19,828 bases of DNA from positions 1 to 19,828 of the forward strand of contig JBECKX010000185.1 in the NCBI GenBank assembly GCA_040235515.1, read 5' to 3'. The notes beneath the pieces are model-generated. The model was not told the DNA's origin and made no database searches. It saw only the letters and a program-made list of their open reading frames with translations. How positions within the stretch are numbered: position 1 is the stretch's first letter; every line of letters begins with the position of its first letter. A program made the position numbers and the translations under genes. Shown piece after piece: positions 10,585 to 17,684 of this stretch. The stretch is from Candidatus Zixiibacteriota bacterium (GTDB taxonomy: Bacteria > Zixibacteria > MSB-5A5 > CAIYYT01).

Positions 10585-11082
10585 TCAGGCGCTCTTCTTC
10601 GACTCCTCTGAATCCTTCAGCTTTTGTTTCTTCACCAGCTCGTGCAGCTTCACAATTCCGTCGATCAACTGCTCCGGGCGCGGTGGGCAACCGGGTACAT
10701 AAATATCGACAGGGATGATTTTATCGACTCCCTGAAGAATGGCATAGTTATTAAAAATCCCGCCGCAGGATGCGCAAGCTCCCATTGAGATCACCCATTT
10801 CGGATTGGGCATCTGGTCGTAGAGCCGCTTGACGATCGGCGCCATTTTGTTGGAGACGCGGCCCGCCACGATCATCAGGTCAGCCTGACGTGGAGAGGGA
10901 CGCATGACTTCCATACCGAAGCGCGCCAGGTCATACTTGGGCCCGAAGCTGGAGATCATCTCGATGGCGCAGCAGGCCAAACCGAAGCCAAAAGGCCACA
11001 TCGACTTGGTTCTGCCCCAGCCTACCAGCTTTTCTGCGGTTGTCAGGATTATTCCGTCAGGAATTTTCTCTTCTATTCCCAC
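10585..11082 (-). CDS. nuoB: NADH-quinone oxidoreductase subunit B (N2 cluster)
   Basis: GLACCAIEM tandem cysteines, SPRQAD, MGACAS and [12 protein letters not shown] start overlapping the nuoA end. Confidence 0.98.
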   Translation of the reverse strand: MGIEEKIPDGIILTTAEKLVGWGRTKSMWPFGFGLACCAIEMISSFGPKYDLARFGMEVMRPSPRQADLMIVAGRVSNKMAPIVKRLYDQMPNPKWVISMGACASCGGIFNNYAILQGVDKIIPVDIYVPGCPPRPEQLIDGIVKLHELVKKQKLKDSEESKKSA

Positions 11083-11435
11083 GTCAGGGCTCCCTTCTTG
11101 ACGATGTAGATGTAGCCCACCAACAGGATGAGAATGAAGACGACCATCTCGATCAGTCCAAAGATGCCAAGCATGTCATACGAGACGGCCCACGGGAAGA
11201 GAAAGACGGTTTCGAGGTCAAAGACGATAAAGAGGATCGCAACAAGGTAGAATTTTACCGGGTGGCGATGCCGGGTATCGTCGTGCACTTCGATTCCGCA
11301 CTCATACGCCTCTCCCTTGGCTTTGTTCTGGCTCCGTTTGCCGAGCAAAGCGGAGACGATGAACATTGACGCGCCAATAATGACGGCCAAACCAATCTGG
11401 AATGCGAGTGGGAAGTATGTTTCGAAGTTTGACAC
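11073..11435 (-). CDS. nuoA: NADH-quinone oxidoreductase subunit A
   Basis: [25 protein letters not shown] and KGALTW. Start revised from the track's 11462 to GTG at 11435, which follows a strong GAGGAGGT RBS and gives 120 aa. Confidence 0.96.
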   Translation of the reverse strand: MSNFETYFPLAFQIGLAVIIGASMFIVSALLGKRSQNKAKGEAYECGIEVHDDTRHRHPVKFYLVAILFIVFDLETVFLFPWAVSYDMLGIFGLIEMVVFILILLVGYIYIVKKGALTWE

Positions 11436-11440
11436 CCAAG

Positions 11441-11448
11441 ACCTCCTC
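11441..11448 (-). promoter_or_regulatory. Shine-Dalgarno site of nuoA
   Basis: GAGGAGGT on the minus strand, 5 nt before the GTG at 11435. Confidence 0.85.
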
Positions 11449-11461
11449 GAATTATCCCGCA

Positions 11462-11489
11462 AAGTTAGTGGGATTTTTCACATTGTCAA
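11462..11489 (-). promoter_or_regulatory. Putative sigma70 promoter of the nuo operon
   Basis: Minus strand TTGACA (11489-11484), 16 nt spacer, TAACTT (11467-11462), just upstream of the nuoA RBS. Confidence 0.65.
11466..11483. promoter_or_regulatory. Rex-like operator in the promoter spacer
   Basis: Minus strand ATGTGAAAAATCCCACTA matches TTGTGAAnnnnTTCACAA at 10 of 14 defined positions and lies between the -35 and -10 boxes. Confidence 0.45.
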
Positions 11490-11499
11490 GCATAATGTC

Positions 11500-11512
11500 T
11501 ATCAACTTTTTG
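11500..11512 (+). promoter_or_regulatory. IHF-consensus site
   Basis: TATCAACTTTTTG fits WATCAANNNNTTR exactly, just upstream of the nuo -35 box. Confidence 0.35.
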
Positions 11513-11703
11513 ACAATCTTAAGCCTAAGCGTAAGTGCTTCCTTATCTTGGAGGTAATACGAATTAAACAGGTCAGATTTATTGGGAATGTTGGGTCCAC
11601 GAAGATATAGGTATCTTTGGAAAGAAGGGGTGTAAACCGTTGAGTTTGAAGGTCTACGATGGGTTAATTTTGTGTTTCGGGCAGGCGGACGAGGTTTAGA
11701 GGG

Positions 11704-12123
11704 TTAATCTTGTTCTAATTCGATCAGGACGCCGCCAGTTGAGTGGGGATGGATGAAGGCGATTTTGTGGCCTTCGGCGCCGATTCTCGGTTTCTCGTCG
11801 ATCAGCCGAAAACCGCGTTCGCGCAGGTCATCGAGTGTTTGTTCGATATCTTTGACACCAAGGCAGATATGGTGAACGCCCTCCCCCCGTTTCTCGAGGA
11901 ACCGGGTTACGCCGACATTACCCTCTGTGGGCTGGATCAGTTCGATGCGACTTCCGTGGGTTTCAATGAAGCAGCAGATCACCTTCTGGTCCGGGACCGC
12001 AATTGTTTCGGAGACATCGGCGGTGCTGATCAGGGAGAAGAGAGATTTGGATTTTTCGAGGTCGCGGACCGCAATTGCGATATGTTTGATGTTCTTCTTG
12101 TCCAGGGGAGATCCTTTCGTCAT
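11704..12123 (-). CDS. mce: Methylmalonyl-CoA epimerase (VOC/glyoxalase fold)
   Basis: HIAIAV, RIELIQP, RGEGVHHIC and AFIHPHSTGGVLIEL metal-ligand motifs; adjacent to the mutase. Confidence 0.93.
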   Translation of the reverse strand: MTKGSPLDKKNIKHIAIAVRDLEKSKSLFSLISTADVSETIAVPDQKVICCFIETHGSRIELIQPTEGNVGVTRFLEKRGEGVHHICLGVKDIEQTLDDLRERGFRLIDEKPRIGAEGHKIAFIHPHSTGGVLIELEQD

Positions 12124-12135
12124 TTTGAAAATTCT

Positions 12136-12285
12136 TGCCGAAGCATGGGGCCCGTCTCCGATGCTCCGCGAGCGGAGCTACCCCTCTCGAGAGGGGAATT
12201 CGATTGATGTCAGGTTCCAGAGCGCTTGCACTGAGTTCCTTATTCCAGCCAGGCCTTAGTCAATCCCCAGGCGGGTTCCGCATGT
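12136..12285. other. Structured intergenic element (candidate ncRNA or palindromic repeat)
   Basis: Hairpin GCTCCG-CGAG-CGGAGC (12163-12178), perfect palindrome CCCCTCTCGAGAGGGG (12181-12196), GATTGA/TCAATC pairing (12202-12207 with 12260-12265), and enclosing stem 12147-12157 with 12269-12279. No RNA family recognised. Confidence 0.45.
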
Positions 12286-12326
12286 GGGGAGCCAACGCGC
12301 CTGTTTGGACGCAGAAAAACGAGCCA

Positions 12327-13886
12327 TTATACCACTATATTCTCGCGGTATTCTCCCCAGACGGCGCGGAGTTTGTTCGAGATTTCGCCGACGGAGGCAT
12401 AGGCTTCCACACACTCAAGGATCAGCGGTATCAGGTTCTGGTCGCCGCGCGCCGCATCCGCGAGTCGTTTGAGTGAATTTTCCACAGTTGTGTTGTCTCG
12501 ATTGGCGCGAACATCGTTGACTCTTTTAATCTGTTCGCTGCGCGATTGTTCCGAGATCTTCTGGATTTCCACTTTGTCGGCATCATCGGTTCGATACTTG
12601 TTTACGCCGACGACGATACGTTCCTGCGACTCCACGAGAAGCTGATACTCATACGCCGAGCGCTGGATTTCTGACTGAAAGAATCCTTCCTCGATTGCCT
12701 TGAGCGACCCGCCACGTTTATCGACCCTGGCGAGGTAGTCGTCGACTCCCGCCTCGATTTCATCTGTCAGTGACTCGACATAGTAGCTGCCGGCAAGAGG
12801 GTCAACCGTGTCGGTCACGCCGCTCTCGTGAGCGATCACCTGCTGGATGCGCAGTGCCAGTTGCGCTGATTTTGAGGTGGGGAGCGCCAGGGCTTCATCG
12901 TGCGAATTCGTGTGCAGCGACTGAGTTCCACCAAGCACGGCTGACATGGCCTCCAGGGTGGTTCGGATGGTGTTCACTTCCGGTTGTTGCGCCATAAGGG
13001 AGACGCCGGCTGTCTGGGTATGGAAGCGAAGCATCATCGAACGCTTATCCCTTGCGCCGAAGCGATCCTTCATGATCCGAGCCCAGATGCGTCGGGCGGC
13101 GCGGAACTTGGCGACCTCCTCGAAAAAATCTTGCTGCGAACAGAAGAAGAATGAGAGCCGCGGAGCGAAGTCGTCCACCTGCAAACCGGCTTTGAGTGCG
13201 TGGGTGACGTACTCAATGGCGTTGGCGAGTGTGAAGGCGACCTCCTGGATAGCGGTGGCGCCTGCCTCGCGGATATGATAACCGGAAATTGAGATAGTAT
13301 TGTAGTTTGGCAGATTGTTGCTCGCGAAGGCGAAGATGTCGGTGATCAGGCGCATCGATTGCTTGGGTGGAAAGATATAGGTCCCGCGCGCGATAAACTC
13401 TTTGAGGATATCGTTCTGAACCGTACCGCGGATTTTCTCATCGGCAACGCCCTGTTTCCGGGCAACTGCAACATACATGGAGAGAAGGATCGCTGCGGTG
13501 GCGTTGATCGTCATCGAAGTTGAGACCTGATCCAGCGGTATGCCGTCGAAGAGCGTTTCGAAGTCTGCCAGGGTATCGATTGCGACACCGGTCTTGCCGA
13601 CTTCTCCCTCGGCGAGAGGGTCATCGGAGTCGTAGCCGATCTGCGTAGGCAGGTCGAAGGCCACCGAGAGTCCGGTCTGCCCCTGCGAGAGCAGGTATTT
13701 GTAGCGTTCGTTCGATTCCTTTGCGGTGGCATAACCGGCGTACTGGCGCATGGTCCAGAATCGTTGCGTGTACATCTCGGGATAAACACCGCGTGTGAAC
13801 GGGTATTCGCCGGGGTTACCGATCCGGGTTTCAAAATCGAGATCGGCGAGATCAGCCGGTGTGTATGTAGTTTTGCGCTTAGTCAC
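12327..13886 (-). CDS. Methylmalonyl-CoA mutase, catalytic (large, substrate-binding) subunit without B12-binding domain
   Basis: [59 protein letters not shown] and [10 protein letters not shown]. Ends at [16 protein letters not shown] with no DxHxxG motif. Confidence 0.94.
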   Translation of the reverse strand: MTKRKTTYTPADLADLDFETRIGNPGEYPFTRGVYPEMYTQRFWTMRQYAGYATAKESNERYKYLLSQGQTGLSVAFDLPTQIGYDSDDPLAEGEVGKTGVAIDTLADFETLFDGIPLDQVSTSMTINATAAILLSMYVAVARKQGVADEKIRGTVQNDILKEFIARGTYIFPPKQSMRLITDIFAFASNNLPNYNTISISGYHIREAGATAIQEVAFTLANAIEYVTHALKAGLQVDDFAPRLSFFFCSQQDFFEEVAKFRAARRIWARIMKDRFGARDKRSMMLRFHTQTAGVSLMAQQPEVNTIRTTLEAMSAVLGGTQSLHTNSHDEALALPTSKSAQLALRIQQVIAHESGVTDTVDPLAGSYYVESLTDEIEAGVDDYLARVDKRGGSLKAIEEGFFQSEIQRSAYEYQLLVESQERIVVGVNKYRTDDADKVEIQKISEQSRSEQIKRVNDVRANRDNTTVENSLKRLADAARGDQNLIPLILECVEAYASVGEISNKLRAVWGEYRENIVV

Positions 13887-13907
13887 TTCAGGTACGTTGC
13901 TTGCGGT

Positions 13908-14420
13908 TTATTCCGGCGGGCTGATGGTTACCAATACGGTGCCCTTGTCCACCGGCTTACCGGTTTCGGCTTTGATTTCCTTGATGGTGCCATCGGCGGG
14001 CGACTTCAATTCGTTCTCCATCTTCATCGCTTCAACGACAACCAGCGGATCACCTTTCCTGACCTGACCGCCGACCTGCCTCAGCAGTTTTACAACCAGA
14101 CCGGGCATCGGTGCCTTGAGTTCCGGGGCGTGCCCACCCGCCGCCGCGCCCGCGACTTTACGTATGGCGACCAGCCGCTCATCTTCAACGTTGCAATCGA
14201 ATTCGAGCCCATGCAGGAAGACCATGAGGTCACCATTGCTGGAGAAGACTTCGGTATCATACGATCTATTGTCGAGCATGAGGAGGGCTTTGGTGCTGGA
14301 GGGGTTGCCGACGACCTCCGCTTCCACCGACCTGCCGTTGACCTTGACGTTGTAGCCTTCACCGTTGTCGGCGATTTCGACCGCAACTTCCCTGCCTTCG
14401 ATCGTCACGAGATACTTCAC
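13908..14420 (-). CDS. Biotin carboxyl carrier protein of an acyl-CoA carboxylase
   Basis: APMPG..EAMKMENE biotinylation motif. Start most likely GTG at 14420 (GTGA overlap with the upstream stop), alternatively TTG at 14423. Confidence 0.93.
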   Translation of the reverse strand: MKYLVTIEGREVAVEIADNGEGYNVKVNGRSVEAEVVGNPSSTKALLMLDNRSYDTEVFSSNGDLMVFLHGLEFDCNVEDERLVAIRKVAGAAAGGHAPELKAPMPGLVVKLLRQVGGQVRKGDPLVVVEAMKMENELKSPADGTIKEIKAETGKPVDKGTVLVTISPPE

Positions 14421-15943
14421 CAACTTCCCCCTTGCAGCTTTTCGACGCCGGCGAGAAGTCCCTGCTGTTTCCAGCGGCCGGTTGATTTGTTGTCACATTT
14501 CCCCACCTGCCGCATCCGTTTCGATTCGCGGTAGACAGCCAGCGCGGCGGCGATCGCTGCGGCTTCGAGCATATCCTGCGTCGGCTCCGGATGAATGACG
14601 CCGTCGGGGTAGTTATCCTGAATGAAGCTGGTTGAAAGGTCGCCCTTGACGAAGGCGTCGGTATCCATCACCAGATTGTGGAAAGGCAGATTCGTGACGA
14701 ACCCGGCGACGCGATATTCGGCCAGGGCTTGTTTCATGCGCTTGATCGCAGAGCCGCGGTCAGCGCCATAAGTGATCAGCTTTGCCACGAGTGAATCGTA
14801 GTATGGCGGGACTTCGGAACCCTCCTTGATGCCGGAATCGACGCGTACGCCGGGACCTGATGGCTCTGCATAGCTGAGGACCGTACCCGCAGAGGGGATG
14901 AAGTTGTTGCTTGCGTCCTCTGCACAAATGCGACACTCGATTGCATGGCCCTGGATTTTGATATCATCCTGAGTGAAAGAGAGTCGCTCCCCTGCCGCGA
15001 TGGCGATCTGTTCATGCACAAGATCGATACCTGTCACCAGTTCGGTTACCGGGTGCTCCACTTGCAGACGGGTGTTGACCTCGAGGAAGTAGAAGTCTTT
15101 GTTGGCATCGACAAGGAACTCGACGGTACCGACATTGACATAGCCTGCGGCTTTGACCGCTTCGACAGCGACCTTGCCCATGCGGGCGCGCAGGTCCTGA
15201 TCGACAAAGACGGAGGGGGCTTCCTCCACCAGTTTCTGGTGGCGGCGCTGGATCGAACACTCCCGCTCACCGAGGTAGACGGCATTGCCGAAGTTGTCGC
15301 AGGCGACTTGAATTTCGATATGACGGGGACGGACGATGCATTTTTCGATAAAGACACGGTCATCACCGAAGGCAGAGCGGGCTTCGTTTCCGGAGGAAGC
15401 CACCGCTTTCTCAAGTCCGGCGGCTGATTCGACGACACGCATACCTTTACCGCCGCCACCGGCGACTGCTTTCACCAAGACCGGGTAGCCACATTCCTCG
15501 GCGAGCACTTCCGCCTTCTTCAACTCCGAGGCGTTGACCGGCCCGCCGGGAACTACGGGGACTCTGGCAGCAACGGCGAGTTTGCGCGCTTCCAGTTTAT
15601 CGCCGAGCACCCTGATCGATTCGGAGGGTGGGCCAATGAAGGTCAAGCCGGCCTGTTCCACTTTTCGGGCGAACTGCCAGTTTTCGGCGAGGAAGCCGTA
15701 GCCGGGATGGATGGCATCGGCACCAGCTTTGTGGGCGACCTCGATGATTTTGTCCATCACCAGATAGCTTTGCGTTGGAGCGGCCGGTCCGATATTATAG
15801 GCTTGATCGGCCATCCGCACATGGAGGGCGGCTCTATCGGCATCGGAGTAGACGGCGACATTCGGGATGCCCATCAGGCGGCAGGCGCGGATTACTCTAA
15901 TTGCGATTTCGCCACGGTTGGCGATCAAAATCTTGCGAAACAT
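14417..15943 (-). CDS. accC: Biotin carboxylase subunit of acetyl-/propionyl-CoA carboxylase
   Basis: KILIANRGEIA, HPGYGFLAEN, GGGGKGMR, RECSIQRRHQK, EVNTRLQVEHPVTE and GVRVDSG..YYDS. No fused biotinyl domain. Context suggests a propionyl-CoA carboxylase role. Confidence 0.93.
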   Translation of the reverse strand: MFRKILIANRGEIAIRVIRACRLMGIPNVAVYSDADRAALHVRMADQAYNIGPAAPTQSYLVMDKIIEVAHKAGADAIHPGYGFLAENWQFARKVEQAGLTFIGPPSESIRVLGDKLEARKLAVAARVPVVPGGPVNASELKKAEVLAEECGYPVLVKAVAGGGGKGMRVVESAAGLEKAVASSGNEARSAFGDDRVFIEKCIVRPRHIEIQVACDNFGNAVYLGERECSIQRRHQKLVEEAPSVFVDQDLRARMGKVAVEAVKAAGYVNVGTVEFLVDANKDFYFLEVNTRLQVEHPVTELVTGIDLVHEQIAIAAGERLSFTQDDIKIQGHAIECRICAEDASNNFIPSAGTVLSYAEPSGPGVRVDSGIKEGSEVPPYYDSLVAKLITYGADRGSAIKRMKQALAEYRVAGFVTNLPFHNLVMDTDAFVKGDLSTSFIQDNYPDGVIHPEPTQDMLEAAAIAAALAVYRESKRMRQVGKCDNKSTGRWKQQGLLAGVEKLQGGSW

Positions 15944-16005
15944 AACTCCCGTCGAACTGTTGAATCAGACGAATGTATTGAGACTGGCGCTCAGGTCTGG
16001 TGCGG

Positions 16006-16033
16006 AAAATAGCGAATCGCCGCGGAATGTCAA
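16006..16033 (-). promoter_or_regulatory. Putative sigma70 promoter of the carboxylase/mutase operon
   Basis: Minus strand TTGACA (16033-16028), 16 nt spacer, TATTTT (16011-16006), about 60 nt upstream of the start codon. Confidence 0.6.
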
Positions 16034-16145
16034 TTTGCAAAGTTCGTCGGAGAGCGGCCGGTAGGTGGTCGGCAACTGAATCCGCGCTGGAGGACGTATC
16101 AATTGAGATCGGAGTTCCGGTCGAACCAGGGAGATTGATGAGAAG

Positions 16146-16733
16146 ATGATACTTTACCTGATATTCGCTGTAGTGCTGGCGCTCGTCATTATCGTGTCAG
16201 CCGCCTTGAAATCGAGGGCGAATGTCGCCAGCCGTAAACTGGTGACGATTGGTGTGGTGCTATTTCTGGTCGGCGGCATCATGGGCGTGTTCATGACGAC
16301 GAACCTGGTGGAGGAAACCGCCAAGACCAACTGGCCGTTTGTCAGTGGCATTGTGACATCGTCGAAGGTGATAGGCGAGCGAGCGTTTCGGCCTGAGATA
16401 AAATACGACTACAGTGTGGGTGGAGTGAAGTATTCGGGAATCAGCGGGCTCGATGACCCGGGCTTTGGCGGCCGCACCAAGCGGCTCGACACGGCTGAGA
16501 AGATGATCACCGAGTATCCGGTGGGTGAAGAGGTGCCGGTTTATTTTAACCCCGACGACCCGGCGGAGTCTTTGCTGGTCCATCACGTCGCCTGGAGTAC
16601 TTATATGCAGCTTACGCTGGCGGTGACGATCGCACTGGCCGGTGCTGTGATACTGATCTTCTTTGCCTACAAACCGCAGTCGGAGTATGCGGCAAGCGAC
16701 CGCGTTGGAGTGCCCGCGCAGCAATCGCAGTGA
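16146..16733 (+). CDS. DUF3592-like membrane protein
   Basis: 195 aa: two N-terminal TM segments, WP.VSG.V..S.V, P.IKYDYSVGGVKYSG, YPVGEEVPVYFNPDDPAESLL, then a C-terminal TM segment. Confidence 0.8.
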   Translation: MILYLIFAVVLALVIIVSAALKSRANVASRKLVTIGVVLFLVGGIMGVFMTTNLVEETAKTNWPFVSGIVTSSKVIGERAFRPEIKYDYSVGGVKYSGISGLDDPGFGGRTKRLDTAEKMITEYPVGEEVPVYFNPDDPAESLLVHHVAWSTYMQLTLAVTIALAGAVILIFFAYKPQSEYAASDRVGVPAQQSQ

Positions 16734-16775
16734 TACAAGCTAGCCCCTGGCAGCAGTAGTTGTCAACGGCAGTAA

Positions 16776-16810
16776 AAAACCGGCAGTCAGTTGAGTTGAC
16801 TGCCGGTTTT
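16776..16810. terminator. Bidirectional intrinsic terminator
   Basis: Perfect 14 bp inverted repeat AAAACCGGCAGTCA-N7-TGACTGCCGGTTTT with A/T tails on both sides, between two convergent genes. Confidence 0.88.
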
Positions 16811-16851
16811 GTTTACCGGAACAAACTGAATGTCAGTGTTGTGCCGCGAGA

Positions 16852-17361
16852 TCAGTTCTCACCGCCGGCACCGCCACGCAGGCGCCAGATACGACCCTCG
16901 AGGAGCAGCAACTGGATTTTCTCTTTGGCCAGTTCGACCATTTCGAGGAGCTGGCGCGCGGTTGACTCTTCCTCGACCTGCTCATCGATGTACCACATCA
17001 GGAAATTCTCGGTGGCGCGATCGTTCTCCGACTGAGCGACGTCGATCAGGTCGTTGATGCGGCCGGTGATCATCTTTTCGTGGTCGAGAGCCGTCTTGAC
17101 GATCTCCTGCACTGAAGAATAGTCTGACTTGGGGGCCTTGAGGGTACCGAGCTTGACTTCGGCGCCAACCTCGACGAGATAGCCGGCCATTTTGGTGGCG
17201 TGGGTCATTTCTTCGGTGGCCTGAGCTTCGTACCAGGCGGCGAAGCCCTTGAAGCCCATGTGGTGGAGTTTATAGGCCATGGCCAGGTAAGTCCAGTAGG
17301 AAAAGAACTCAGCCTCGATCTGCTCATTGATTTTCTTGGCCATGTTTTCTGAGATCTGCAT
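16852..17361 (-). CDS. ftnA: Non-heme ferritin (Ftn family)
   Basis: 169 aa with ferroxidase-centre pattern NEQIEAEFFS.WTY, EEMTH, HEKMIT and WYIDEQVEEE; AGGAG RBS upstream. Confidence 0.92.
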   Translation of the reverse strand: MQISENMAKKINEQIEAEFFSYWTYLAMAYKLHHMGFKGFAAWYEAQATEEMTHATKMAGYLVEVGAEVKLGTLKAPKSDYSSVQEIVKTALDHEKMITGRINDLIDVAQSENDRATENFLMWYIDEQVEEESTARQLLEMVELAKEKIQLLLLEGRIWRLRGGAGGEN

Positions 17362-17509
17362 TGTAGGATTCTCCTTCTCTAATTCGAGATCATGAAATCA
17401 TAGTATGATATAAAAAGCACAAATTCCCAATTCCTTCGTCCGCAGGACCTTCCAGGGACGCCGATCTGCGGTAAGCTCACGATCGAGCATTATAGTAGTA
17501 CGGGATTCC

Positions 17510-17526
17510 AGGGCACCCGATTTGCG
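17510..17526 (+). promoter_or_regulatory. Putative sigma54 (-24/-12) promoter
   Basis: aGGGCACCCGATTTGCg has GG (17512-17513) and GC (17524-17525) at the canonical spacing of TGGCACG-N4-TTGC, oriented toward the SPFH gene. Confidence 0.5.
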
Positions 17527-17684
17527 AACAATGTATCAATTTTCCAATTTGAACCAACCGGAAACTCGGTGTTCTCTACCACCTATCACCCCGGCTCGAT
17601 GATCAAGCGCCCTGACGATTCTGACGACATTATTAGATAAAGAAGAATTGTAACGAATTCCTTGAAATGAGAGGGCCAGGATCG

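Noticed and set aside
8873..11082. Possibility of a group 4 [NiFe]-hydrogenase or Mbx-type complex instead of complex I
   Set aside because: NuoD lacks Ni-binding CxxC motifs, NuoB has the tandem CC, and NuoEFG are present in canonical order.
11436..11462. Longer nuoA start at TTG 11462 given by the ORF track
   Set aside because: It overlaps the predicted -10 box, and the strong SD supports GTG at 11435.
12147..12250. Cobalamin riboswitch, suggested by the B12 context and minus-strand AATAAGGAACTCAGTGCAAG and CGGAGACGGGCC
   Set aside because: The core CCCGC-ACTGT, GCCACTG and GGGAAG elements and the expected hairpin pairing are missing. 6S, SRP, tmRNA, TPP and hammerhead signatures also did not fit.
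12135..12476. 113 aa plus-strand ORF across the structured intergenic region
   Set aside because: TTG start, no RBS, no motifs, and overlaps the mutase 3' end in antisense.
17531..17602. 23-codon ORF (MYQFSNLNQ...) upstream of the SPFH gene
   Set aside because: No RBS, starts upstream of the predicted sigma54 TSS, and shows no leader-peptide-like composition.
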